From assembly GCA_021324755.1 (NCBI GenBank), contig JAJPIL010000023.1:28138-92137 (forward strand): 64,000 nt of DNA, written 5' to 3'. The DNA is from Pseudomonadota bacterium. Lineage in GTDB: Bacteria > Desulfobacterota > Binatia > Binatales > Binataceae. Shown one piece after another: positions 7,774 through 17,160 of this stretch. Each line of letters opens with the position of its first letter. Within the stretch, counting starts at the first letter, position 1. Both the position numbers and the translations under genes were made by a program. Below the pieces are notes generated by a model that was given only the letters and a program-made list of their open reading frames with translations, was not told the DNA's origin and made no database searches.

Positions 7774-10335
7774 TTGGCGTGGGGCGTCGGGCAATATTCG
7801 GGAACAGCAAAAGAGCCGATCGTGCCAAATCGACCGACCAATCGCACAGGCGCAAGGACCAAGCGCCGCAATAGTGTGCTGCTGTCTTTAGTTTCGCTTT
7901 TGCGCTCCTGGGGCGAAACTATTCCGTGGAGGCGGTATATAACGGTCAAGCGCTGCGTGGGCGTTGTGGTTATCTTCGGCTCTTTCTTTACAGGCCTTTG
8001 GTTTACGCGTCTTTATCAGGACATTTCGCTGTTAATCGACCAGCGCAAACAGGGGCTCAGTTCCGCCATTTACTCAGCGCCGCTGGTTGTGCATCCTGGC
8101 GACGACCTAGCGCAGATTCACTTCTTCTCCCGGTTGCATCATCTTAGCTACTCTGAGGTCGCCGCCGTGGAACATGCCGGCGAATACGCGATCGACCGGA
8201 CGAAACTAACCATTTTCGTGCGCGATTTTCGGATCGGCGATATAGCTTTTCCTGCGCGCAAGCTTATCCTTTCGCTAAACGGCACGCGGGTGGACCAGAT
8301 CGTCGACGCGTTGGGGCAAGTCGTAGACCGGGTCGTACTGGAACCAGAGGTGATCGGGCGGATGATGTCAGATGCGCCGGCGGAACGAGTCGAAGTACCG
8401 CTCGACGAACTGCCACCTTATTTGGTGAAAGGCCTCCTCGTCACCGAAGACCGCTACTTTTATTACCATTTCGGATTTGACCCAGTGCGAATAGTCAAGG
8501 CAGCGTTTATCGACTTGCGAGCGGGACGAGCAGTAGCAGGCGCGAGCACGATTACGCAGCAGCTTGCGCGAACTTTTATGGGCAACCGCGAGCGAAGCTT
8601 TGCGCGCAAGATGCGCGAGCTTGCGATCGCTCTCGTGTTGGAAATTCGCCTCTCCAAAAAAGAGATCCTGTTGCGCTACATCAACGACGTCTACATGGGC
8701 GAGGACCACGGCAGGCCTGTCTATGGGCTGCCGCTTGCGGCACGCTACCTGTTTAACAAGGATTTGCGTAACGTGACACCCGCGGAAGCAGCCACACTTA
8801 TCGGCATGATCCGCGCGCCGATTCTCTACGACCCGCGCCGCCATCCCAACTATGCCAAGCAAAGGCGAGACACCGTGCTTGCGCTGATGAAGCGCTACGG
8901 CGTTATCGATGCGTCGACCGCCCAGATGGCGTTAAATTCGCCGATCGAGGTAGCGACCGCGACCAAAAGCCGCTACGCCCCATACTTTGTCGAGTACGTG
9001 ATCTCCGAGGTGGAGCAGCTGGTCGGACCTACAGCACAGTTGGGTGGTGTCAAAGTGTATACCACGCTCGATCCCGAGCTTCAGGAGGTAGCTGAGCGGG
9101 CGGCGAAAGCGAACCTTCAACGGCTTGAAGCGCACTATCCGCGCCTTCGTCGCACCAAGGTTACCGATCGGCTGGAGACCGCGTTGGTAGCGATTGACGC
9201 CCGCAGCGGAGCGATAAAAGCAATGGTCGGTGGGCGCGACTTTCGGACAAGCCAGTTCAATCGCGCTACGATGGCGCGTCGTCAAGTGGGTTCTACGATC
9301 AAGCCGTTGGTTTACCTGGCCGCCCTCGACCCCGATCGGACGCCGCTGGATCGGCCGCTTACTTTAGCCTCGATTTTACCCGACCGTCCGATGTCGTTTC
9401 ACGGGTGGGCACCAGCGGACTACGAGCGAGTTTATCGGGGCGAAGTAACCGTGGCCGAAGCATTAGCTCGCTCGCTCAACATACCGGCCGCGTACATAGG
9501 CTACGAGCTTGGCCCCCGAACAATAGTAAAGACGGCCCATCAGATGGGCATGGCGGGGGACCTGCCCGAGGTGCCGTCGATCGCGATCGGGGCAGGCGAA
9601 GCAACGTTGCTCGAGCTTACTTCGGTCTACCAAGTCTTCGCAGCTGGCGGCGAGCTGCGCGTTCCCTACGCTATTGTGTCGATAGTGGACGGCTCAGGGC
9701 GCGTGTTGTTTCAACACAAGCCGGTTGAGCGGCGACTCGTTCGCCCCAGCGTTGCTTACTTGATCACCGCGGCTTTGCAAGGCGTGATCCGCTACGGCAC
9801 CGCTGCAAATGCTTTGTCCCTCGGGTTAGACTTTCCGGCCGCAGGCAAAACCGGCACCACCAACGACTACCAAGACGCCTACTTTGTCGGCTACACGCCC
9901 GAGTTGGTCTGTGGCGTCTGGGTGGGATTCGACAAACCGCAAAGTATCGGGCTCACTGGCGCGCAGGCAGCGTTGCCTGAATGGGTCGATTTTATGATCC
10001 ATGCGTGGCCCGCCTCCCATCGAGCTTTTCCGGTTCCTAAAGGAGTCAGTTTTGCTACGATCGACCTACAAACCGGTGAGTTGGCGGTGCCGGCGTGTCC
10101 GCGCATAACGACTCTACCTTTCCTCAACGGCACGGCACCCACCGTTGCTTGCCATCTTCACTCTGGCGCAGCGCTGATAGCCGGCGTTCCCACCAAACCG
10201 CAGGCTTCTGCCACACAACAGCCTCCAAAGGCTCAAGAAGTAACCGGGCAGTCGGTTGTTCCCGCGCCAACTGCGACTGGAGGTGGGATCGTCGCGACGA
10301 TAAAGGATTTTTTTCGCGGGCTTTTTGGCCATTAA
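7774..10335 (+). CDS. mrcB: Class A penicillin-binding protein, PBP1B-type (TM, UB2H, transglycosylase, transpeptidase); start uncertain
   Basis: EDRYFYYHFG, GASTITQQL, RKMRE; GSTIK (SxxK), SLN, KTGT. Confidence 0.9.
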   Translation: MAWGVGQYSGTAKEPIVPNRPTNRTGARTKRRNSVLLSLVSLLRSWGETIPWRRYITVKRCVGVVVIFGSFFTGLWFTRLYQDISLLIDQRKQGLSSAIYSAPLVVHPGDDLAQIHFFSRLHHLSYSEVAAVEHAGEYAIDRTKLTIFVRDFRIGDIAFPARKLILSLNGTRVDQIVDALGQVVDRVVLEPEVIGRMMSDAPAERVEVPLDELPPYLVKGLLVTEDRYFYYHFGFDPVRIVKAAFIDLRAGRAVAGASTITQQLARTFMGNRERSFARKMRELAIALVLEIRLSKKEILLRYINDVYMGEDHGRPVYGLPLAARYLFNKDLRNVTPAEAATLIGMIRAPILYDPRRHPNYAKQRRDTVLALMKRYGVIDASTAQMALNSPIEVATATKSRYAPYFVEYVISEVEQLVGPTAQLGGVKVYTTLDPELQEVAERAAKANLQRLEAHYPRLRRTKVTDRLETALVAIDARSGAIKAMVGGRDFRTSQFNRATMARRQVGSTIKPLVYLAALDPDRTPLDRPLTLASILPDRPMSFHGWAPADYERVYRGEVTVAEALARSLNIPAAYIGYELGPRTIVKTAHQMGMAGDLPEVPSIAIGAGEATLLELTSVYQVFAAGGELRVPYAIVSIVDGSGRVLFQHKPVERRLVRPSVAYLITAALQGVIRYGTAANALSLGLDFPAAGKTGTTNDYQDAYFVGYTPELVCGVWVGFDKPQSIGLTGAQAALPEWVDFMIHAWPASHRAFPVPKGVSFATIDLQTGELAVPACPRITTLPFLNGTAPTVACHLHSGAALIAGVPTKPQASATQQPPKAQEVTGQSVVPAPTATGGGIVATIKDFFRGLFGH

Positions 10336-10410
10336 GGCAACCGCAAAGCAGAGTGGCTTTGCATCGGGCCGTAGCTTATCCTGTCAAGAGAGCTGCTTTC
10401 CTGTGAGCTT

Positions 10411-10435
10411 GGTCGAGTGGGCGTGGCGCTCGACC
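10411..10435. terminator. 9-bp hairpin between convergent mrcB and trmI, possible terminator
   Basis: GGTCGAGTG / CGCTCGACC arms around a 7-nt loop; no strong U-tract. Confidence 0.3.
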
Positions 10436-10626
10436 GCTCGAATTTAAGCGCTACGCCGGCGTTACCGCGCTGGTCGCCTCCTTAGAACCTAGCGGTGTAC
10501 TGATCTAAGTCTCGCCTCGGGCGCTTGACAGCCGTGTAAAGTAGGGCGGCAACTGAAAGCTTCGACGGCTACGATAGTTGTGGTGCGCTATGTTGCTTGC
10601 CTAAACACTGACGGCGCCATGGCGTG

Positions 10627-11400
10627 CTAGACCACACGACGGGCTACGATAATCCATCCCGAGTGAGCCACCATCCGATGTACCGGCCGAACGCTAAGAC
10701 CCCGTACGCTCCACGGTCGCATCAGAGTTTCAAAGCATTCGACGGCGTCGAACTCGCGGCTGTCCTGAAGCGCCTGAACTGTTTCCTTAAGTTGAAGCGC
10801 CGTCGGCACCAAACAGACGAATACGCCACCGGGGCGCAGGGCGTTGGCAACCTGATCCAGCGCTTTCCAGGGTTCGGCCAGGTCCAAAAACAGCCGATCG
10901 ACTGCCGTTTCGTCAAACCCTTCGAACAGATCCTTGACTTTCAGCGACCAGTTCGGCGCAGGTCCAAAAAAATTGGCGACGTTCTTTGCCGCGATCGTGG
11001 CAAAGTCCTCGCGAATCTCGTACGAAATGAGGCGGCCTTGTGGACCGATAGCGCGCAGCAGGGCGATCGTGAGCGCCCCGGCGCCGACTCCCCCTTCGAT
11101 TACTGTCGCTCCAGGAAAAACGTCGCCCCAAAGCAACATCACGCCCGTGTCTTTTGGGTAGATTACCTGCGCCTGTCGCGGCAAGTTCGGAACGAGATCG
11201 GCGTATGTCGGGCGCAGCACCAAAAAGCGCTCACCCGAGCTAAAGGTGACCCATGAGCCTTCGCTCACTCCCCAAAGGCTTTCGCTGGGAAGCTCGCCTC
11301 GAATCGTGATCCGCGTTCCTCGGCGCAGGATCTTGAGGTACTTTCGTCCCCGCTGGTCGACAAAAATGACGGCGTCGTTTTCTCTGAGTTTTTCGTCCAA
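10627..11400 (-). CDS. trmI: tRNA (adenine-58-N1)-methyltransferase TrmI/Trm61
   Basis: LRPT...LPRQAQVIYPKD, EGGVGAG SAM motif, YEIREDF, LDLAEPW, VRPVHRMVAHSG. Confidence 0.92.
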   Translation of the reverse strand: MDEKLRENDAVIFVDQRGRKYLKILRRGTRITIRGELPSESLWGVSEGSWVTFSSGERFLVLRPTYADLVPNLPRQAQVIYPKDTGVMLLWGDVFPGATVIEGGVGAGALTIALLRAIGPQGRLISYEIREDFATIAAKNVANFFGPAPNWSLKVKDLFEGFDETAVDRLFLDLAEPWKALDQVANALRPGGVFVCLVPTALQLKETVQALQDSREFDAVECFETLMRPWSVRGLSVRPVHRMVAHSGWIIVARRVV

Positions 11401-11862
11401 TGAAGTTTTCGGAGCGCTCCTTTAAGAGAGTTTTAAAATTTGAGGTCTCTAAAAGTTTTTATCCGAATTTTGTCGTTTCGAAATCTTACGACGGATAGCC
11501 TTGTCGCACGCTACGATCCGGATCTTAGCGTTGCTTTTGTTCTCTCGCAGGGTTCCGTCGAGCTTATGGCACGATTGTTCGTTTTTCCGCAATTTCTCGT
11601 GCGACGCTATCGCTAGATTCGAGAGCCTTTGCGCGCGATTTCGGTGATGGAATAATTCTCTAATAGTTATTCGTTGCTCGGTAGCAAGATACATCGTGTC
11701 GATCCGCACTGTTAACGTCGTGTTTTCCCGACGTCTTTTTATGCTCGAGCGGCGCGGAGTAGCCTGCAGCGCGTCCAGGAGACTTGAGAAGTCGCTAGAA
11801 GCCCGTATCATGTATTAAGTGCATGGAACACTAAGCGTTTCTTGGTGAAAGAGAAATAGAAG

Positions 11863-12030
11863 ATGGCGAGAAAAGCTAGGACTGCTCAGAAGAGCAAAGA
11901 GGCGGTAGTAAAGCGCTTGTGCCCCAACTGTGGAGCGGAAAGCAGAGTAGTGCTTTTTACCGGCTTTGGTCGTCGCGGGTTCTTCTGGGTTTGCGACAAG
12001 AATTGCGGTTATATGGCGCGAACTCGCTAA
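11863..12030 (+). CDS. 55-aa Zn-ribbon protein, not in the supplied ORF track
   Basis: MARKARTAQKSKEAVVKRLCPNCGAESRVVLFTGFGRRGFFWVCDKNCGYMARTR; CxxC plus CxxxC; purine-rich upstream region. Confidence 0.75.
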   Translation: MARKARTAQKSKEAVVKRLCPNCGAESRVVLFTGFGRRGFFWVCDKNCGYMARTR

Positions 12031-12065
12031 GGATAATTAAACCACTAAACCACGGATAGGCGAGC

Positions 12066-12392
12066 ATGGCTAGAACGCGTAAGAGCAAAGAGGCGAAAGG
12101 GGAAATTTACGCGGGATTCCTCGATTCAGCAGAGGAGCGTGAAGAGGACTCCGATCTGCCGCGTGACGAGATCGGTAGGCGCAAAATCAAGCGGCAGTAC
12201 GAGGAGCTTTTGGGCATTCGCATCGAGAAGCTAAAGGGTAGAGTCTTAAACCGCGAGCGAATAAGCAAAACGGTCGAGGGTATCTACTTCATTTGCGCCA
12301 AATGCATGAAAGTGTGCCATTCGCTCGACGAAGGCTTGGTCGAAGATCCAGCTAACGAGAACAACCTTTGTGGCGCTTGCGCTCCAAGGTAG
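12066..12392 (+). CDS. Hypothetical protein with C-terminal Zn finger (CxxC...CxxC), 108 aa
   Basis: CAKCMKVC...CGAC; charged N-terminal half; ATG after GGATAGG. Confidence 0.75.
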   Translation: MARTRKSKEAKGEIYAGFLDSAEEREEDSDLPRDEIGRRKIKRQYEELLGIRIEKLKGRVLNRERISKTVEGIYFICAKCMKVCHSLDEGLVEDPANENNLCGACAPR

Positions 12393-12677
12393 CTGCTTGC
12401 TCCTTATCTCGGGGAGCACAACAAAAATCTCCCTCCCGCTAGCTCCCAAAAAGAAGCTTTTACTACGTCAAGTTTTAACCTGCTGATAGGACGGTTCTTT
12501 TCTTAAATCGTTCCGCAATACGAACACCTAATGACCTGACTGCTCCACCGCTGGTCAATTCTTGCTTTCTCGATTGACATTTTTGAACCTAGGCCTTCGG
12601 CGACTCGGGTACGGCGTGTACGGAATGGTCGCTTAAAAAGGGGCTCGGAGACGAAGCAAGCATTTCTTAAGGCAAGT

Positions 12678-13307
12678 TTAAAGCTCATGTCGATGGCTTA
12701 GGGCGGCACTGACAGTAGCAGCGTCGCTATACTCGAGGTCGCTTCCGCTTGGGAGTCCGCGGGCGAGACGGGTTATCTTGATCTCGAGCGGTTTAAGTAA
12801 ATTTGCCAAGTAAAGCGCGGTTGCGTCGCCCTCTACGGTTGCGTTTGTGGCAAGGATAACTTCGCGTATCGGAGTGGGTTTTTGCTGCTCGAGCCGTTGA
12901 ACCAGTTCGTTGATCTTTAAGTTCTGAGGGCCCACCCCTTGGGCCGGGGCTAGCGCCCCATGTAAGACGTGATAGACGCCGCCGAAACTGCGCGAGCGCT
13001 CGATAGCGAGAAGGTCTGCGGGCGTTTCCACGACACAGATGACACTATGGTCGCGAGCCGAGTCGGAGCATATGCCACAAATTGACGAGTCGGAAAGACC
13101 AAAGCACGTATTGCACAGCCCAACGCGCTCCTTCATTTCCAAAAGCGCCTCGGCCAATCCGATTACTCGCTCCCGCGGCCACGTCAACAGCACGAGTGCG
13201 AGGCGAGATGCGGTTTTTTCGCCTATACCAGGCAGCCGTGAAAGTTCGCGCACCAGGCGAGTCATAGCTGGCGGCAAACCTTCCGCTTTCTGATGGTTTC
13301 CGCTCAT
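12678..13307 (-). CDS. recR: Recombination mediator RecR
   Basis: LPGIGEKTASR, C4 zinc finger, ICVVE, EVILATNATVEGDATA; synteny with dnaX-ybaB. Confidence 0.97.
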   Translation of the reverse strand: MSGNHQKAEGLPPAMTRLVRELSRLPGIGEKTASRLALVLLTWPRERVIGLAEALLEMKERVGLCNTCFGLSDSSICGICSDSARDHSVICVVETPADLLAIERSRSFGGVYHVLHGALAPAQGVGPQNLKINELVQRLEQQKPTPIREVILATNATVEGDATALYLANLLKPLEIKITRLARGLPSGSDLEYSDAATVSAALSHRHEL

Positions 13308-13333
13308 AGTCCGAAATTGTTTGGGCCAAGGAA

Positions 13334-13660
13334 TTACGTTTCTTTCGGCGGTATGAAACCGCTCATCGCGCCCACCATTTTGCCAAACTCATTGGCAACA
13401 AGCTCCTGGGCCCGCCGCAGTCCCTCATTTACTGCGGCAGTGACGAGGTCTTCCACCATCGCTTTATCGCCACTCTGAAAAAGCATCGGGTCGATCGATA
13501 CACTGCGCAAGCGCATTGAGCCATCGACTACGACTCGCACCAAGCCGCCTCCCGCCTCGCTTTCGACGGTCTTGGCCGCTGACTCCTCTTGTATCTCTTG
13601 CAATTTGGCCTGAAGCGCCTGCGCCTGTCTAAGCAGCGCCAAAAAGTTAACTTCTCCCAC
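13334..13660 (-). CDS. ybaB: YbaB/EbfC nucleoid-associated protein
   Basis: AGGGLVRV, EDLVTAAVNEGL; lies between dnaX and recR. Confidence 0.93.
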   Translation of the reverse strand: MGEVNFLALLRQAQALQAKLQEIQEESAAKTVESEAGGGLVRVVVDGSMRLRSVSIDPMLFQSGDKAMVEDLVTAAVNEGLRRAQELVANEFGKMVGAMSGFIPPKET

Positions 13661-13684
13661 TTTTAGGACCCATCCGTGAAGTTT

Positions 13685-15751
13685 TTAACTATCAGTCTCG
13701 CTATCGCCGTTGTTTTTAAGTTGAGTGTTCTCATCAAATCCCGTTCGCGTCGGCAGCGGGCAAACATTTAACAGCCGAGCGTCAAGCTGGTCAAAAATCG
13801 CCTTGACCAAAGGATCGTTTTTGAGCGCCTGAATTCTGCCCGAACGATTATTCTGCTGATCCGGCGAAGAGTTCGCCACGCGCTGTTCGACCTCTCCACT
13901 TGCTTGACGCGCAATTTCAGGTGCCTGCGCACTTTGAGACTTCTCCTCGAACGCAAGCCCGCTAGAACTCAGAACTTCTGACTGAGATAACTCAGAGGCT
14001 ACCTCCTCCTCCCAAACCACTTTAACCCTGATTTGCCTGCCATAGTACTCGGAGGCGAGCTCAGCGATGAGTTGTGCCTTGTCGCGAAAATAATGGGCGT
14101 AGAAATCGCTCACAGCCGCGACGATAAGCACGTCGTTTTCAAGCCTAAGCCGCGCGCTTTGCTCCATAAAACTAGCCAAAGGCACGGCTTTTTCTCGAAT
14201 ATATCGCCGAAGCTCGGGCAGATCGTTTCCCAGCCCCGAAATTGTTTGTTCCGGATGGTCATTCTGGGGCTTCGGTGCGCGGAAAGGCTGCTCGGCGCCG
14301 GACGAAGCCTCGCGCGCGCCGACCGAGGCGCTTGCACTCGCCGCGCCGGATTCAATCTTGCTAGTCAGGCTAGCGTCGGATACATCGGCTGACGATCTTA
14401 CGTCTAATTCTTGAGCGTCAACACGTGGCCCGACAGCGCTGGAGTCCGGGGAATTGAGGGGTGCCGAATGCTCGGCTTGAGATGATTTAGGATGGTTCGT
14501 CTGGGGCTTGCTAATCACGCGTCGATGGGTTTTTGTGCTCTGATTTGCCAGAGGAGATGAGGCCGTAGCCGTGGGCGCATCCACGGGGTTTGCCGCTTGA
14601 AGAGCTTTTATCGCGCTTAGGAGCTCTTCCGCTTCAATCACAGGCGCGAGCGTCGCCATCCGTACCACCGACATTTCCAAGACAACTTCGGGATAGGCCG
14701 AGCGAAGGACTTCCTCCTGCGCCTGAGACATCAGGCGGAACAAGCGATTTATGTCGCGCAGCGAAAGACTCTGCGCCATTTGTCTTAATTCTTCGGCCTC
14801 GAAGTCGGGTAAATTACTCAACAAAGGTTCGCGGCTTTCACTTTCGAGCTTTGCAAGCGCAAGGTTACGCAACAGCTCGAGAAGCTCTCGTCCGAGGATT
14901 TCGGGCGTGATTCCGGCTTCGTAGAGCTCGCGCACCATCTTCAGAGCTGCGGCTGCCTGTTTCTGAACGACCATCGACGCAAGCTTGGCGACGTGCTCCC
15001 GGCTAGCGACTCCGAGCATCTGCGCCACGTCGCTTTCGCGTACCACGTCCTTGGCACCGGCAACTGCCGTCTCGAGCATTCTTTCGGCGTCGCGAAGACT
15101 ACCCGCAGCTTCCCGCGCAATCAGCGCAAGGGCGCCTGCTTCGGCCTCCACACCTTCACGCCTTGCAAGTTCGTTCAGCCGCGCGATGATCAGCGGCAGC
15201 GGGATTCGCCGGAAGTCGTAACGCTGCAGGCGCGACAGGATCGTTTCCGGCATTTTCTGGGGCTCGGTCGTGGCAAGAATAAACTTTACGTGGGGCGGCG
15301 GCTCTTCCAAGGTTTTGAGCAGCGCGTTGAAGGCTTGGTCGGTAAGCTGATGGGCTTCGTCGATGATGTAGACTTTGTAGCGATCGCGCGCCGGACGGTA
15401 GGCAAGGTTTTCGATAATCGCGCGGGCATCGTCGATCTTGCGGTACGTGGCGCCGTCAATCTCCACCACGTCTAACGAGCGGCCCTCGGCGATCTCCACG
15501 CACGGCCGACATTGTCCGCACGGGTCAGGCGTTGGCCCCCGTTCGCAGTTGAGGCAACGAGCGAGAATACGTGCAGCCGAGGTTTTGCCGACGCCGTGGA
15601 TGCCGCAGAAAAGAAAAGCGTGCGCTACGCGTTGTTTTATGAGCGCTTGGCGCAGTACTTTGGTGACGTGATCCTGGCCGACCAGGTCCTCCAGGCGTCC
15701 CGGTCGCCATTTGCGAAACAACACCAGATGAGCAGCGGTCCCATCAGCCAT
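13685..15751 (-). CDS. dnaX: DNA polymerase III subunit gamma/tau
   Basis: RKWRP, GVGKT, C4 zinc site, IIDEAH, FNALLKTLEEPP, GSLRDA. Confidence 0.96.
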   Translation of the reverse strand: MADGTAAHLVLFRKWRPGRLEDLVGQDHVTKVLRQALIKQRVAHAFLFCGIHGVGKTSAARILARCLNCERGPTPDPCGQCRPCVEIAEGRSLDVVEIDGATYRKIDDARAIIENLAYRPARDRYKVYIIDEAHQLTDQAFNALLKTLEEPPPHVKFILATTEPQKMPETILSRLQRYDFRRIPLPLIIARLNELARREGVEAEAGALALIAREAAGSLRDAERMLETAVAGAKDVVRESDVAQMLGVASREHVAKLASMVVQKQAAAALKMVRELYEAGITPEILGRELLELLRNLALAKLESESREPLLSNLPDFEAEELRQMAQSLSLRDINRLFRLMSQAQEEVLRSAYPEVVLEMSVVRMATLAPVIEAEELLSAIKALQAANPVDAPTATASSPLANQSTKTHRRVISKPQTNHPKSSQAEHSAPLNSPDSSAVGPRVDAQELDVRSSADVSDASLTSKIESGAASASASVGAREASSGAEQPFRAPKPQNDHPEQTISGLGNDLPELRRYIREKAVPLASFMEQSARLRLENDVLIVAAVSDFYAHYFRDKAQLIAELASEYYGRQIRVKVVWEEEVASELSQSEVLSSSGLAFEEKSQSAQAPEIARQASGEVEQRVANSSPDQQNNRSGRIQALKNDPLVKAIFDQLDARLLNVCPLPTRTGFDENTQLKNNGDSETDS

Positions 15752-15796
15752 CTGCGCCTCAGCTTTTTACGCAGAAGCCCGGCGCTGCCGGTCGGA

Positions 15797-15900
15797 TGAT
15801 AGCTAGGCACCCCCGCGGCACAGGGCTAGGGCCGGTACCGTTGCTTCCTTCCGGACCTGGCGGGGTTCGCGGCCTTCCCTTGCGCGGGACCCAGCTATCA
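15797..15900 (-). ncRNA. ffs: SRP RNA (4.5S); terminal helix may extend to 15777-15920
   Basis: Minus strand reads GAACCCCGCCAGGTCCGGAAGGAAGCAACGGT (conserved domain IV), closed by TGATAGCT/AGCTATCA; immediately upstream of dnaX. Confidence 0.95.
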
Positions 15901-16270
15901 GCGGCCGGCACCAACCGGGCCCATCGCCTCTTGAATCCTAACGCCTAATGTGCGCGAAAGAAAACCACCCGATTCGGTAAGCTACGGCCATCCGTAAGCT
16001 TCCCTTACATCACCATAGCACTCAGTGCCGACTCGCGAAAGACGATATACAAGCTCGCTCTTCGGATTGTTCAGGCCCGCATCGCAACTTCTCAGGCATC
16101 TGCAAAGTTTGCGCAAAATTGAAACTCTCGACGCCTAATGATTGATATCTTGTGCAAAATGTCGGTTTTGCCTTGTAGGCTAAGTGTGCGGCTCGTCTAT
16201 GAGCTATACTTGACGGGCAGTGTTGCATCTGCGATCGGTAGAGAACCGTTTTTCTCGGGTTGAAAACGAT

Positions 16271-17134
16271 ATGGAGTCGGTCCGATTAGCTTTGATTCAA
16301 ATGAAGTGCGAGGAGCAGCCCGAACGCAACTTGGCGAAAGCCCTTCGGATGGTTGAGGAGGCTGCGTCTCGCAAGGCGCAGATCGTATGTCTTCAGGAGC
16401 TTTTTCGTAGCCAGTACTTCTGTCAGCGCGAAGATGCCAAATCTTTTGAACTTGCCGAACCGATTCCTGGCCCTACCACGGAGGCTTTAAGTGAGGTTGC
16501 GAAAAAGCGCTCGCTCGTGATCGTCGCTCCGATATTCGAGCGACGGGCCGCCGGGGTCTACCATAACTCGGCTGTTGTGTTCGACGCGGACGGCTCGCTT
16601 GCCGGCCATTACCGCAAGATGCATATTCCCGAGGATCCCTGTTATTTCGAAAAGTTTTACTTTACGCCCGGCGACTTGGGTTTTCCTGTCCATCGCACGC
16701 GCTACGGCTCAATCGGCGTTCTGATTTGCTGGGATCAATGGTTTCCCGAGGCGGCACGGCTCGTTGCGATGGCGGGCGCTCAGTTGATCCTGTACCCGAC
16801 GGCGATCGGCTGGTATCACGACGAAAAAGAGCGGGCGCGCGAAAAGCAGCGAAACGCCTGGCAAACCATCCAGCGCGCCCACGCTATCGCCAACGGGCTT
16901 TACGTGGGTGCGGTGAATCGTGTGGGCGTGGAAGGTGAGCTCGAGTTCTGGGGCAGTTCCTTCGTGGCCGATCCGATGGGCGAAGTGATCGCTCAGGCCA
17001 GCGCAAGCGAAGATGAAATCCTTATTGCGGACTGCGTGTTCGACAAGATCGAAAGAGTGCGCCGCAACTGGCCTTTTCTGCGCGACCGCCGCATAGACGC
17101 ATACGGCGACCTCACGTTGCGTTGGCGAGGGTAG
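16271..17134 (+). CDS. aguB: N-carbamoylputrescine amidase (carbon-nitrogen hydrolase)
   Basis: Nitrilase triad in LQELF, YRKMHIP, ICWDQWFPEAAR; YPTAIGW; adjacent to agmatine deiminase. Confidence 0.88.
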   Translation: MESVRLALIQMKCEEQPERNLAKALRMVEEAASRKAQIVCLQELFRSQYFCQREDAKSFELAEPIPGPTTEALSEVAKKRSLVIVAPIFERRAAGVYHNSAVVFDADGSLAGHYRKMHIPEDPCYFEKFYFTPGDLGFPVHRTRYGSIGVLICWDQWFPEAARLVAMAGAQLILYPTAIGWYHDEKERAREKQRNAWQTIQRAHAIANGLYVGAVNRVGVEGELEFWGSSFVADPMGEVIAQASASEDEILIADCVFDKIERVRRNWPFLRDRRIDAYGDLTLRWRG

Positions 17135-17160
17135 GTTTGGCCGTTTAGCAAAACGCCTAC

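Noticed and set aside
11567..11582. Sigma54 promoter TGGCACGATTGTTCG upstream of the Zn-finger pair
   Set aside because: The -12 position reads CG, not the required GC
11863..12100. Histone H3-tail mimicry by the MARK/MART N-termini of the two Zn-finger proteins
   Set aside because: The resemblance is short and low-complexity, and Rho in this window also starts MARTK, so it may be only a local N-terminal bias
12503..12688. ORF ending in CSYC downstream of recR
   Set aside because: Only half a zinc site, ends right after it, and has no other support
13685..15751. Programmed -1 frameshift site for the DnaX gamma subunit
   Set aside because: I found no A-AAA-AAG heptamer or long A-run; the nearest is GAGAAAAAG
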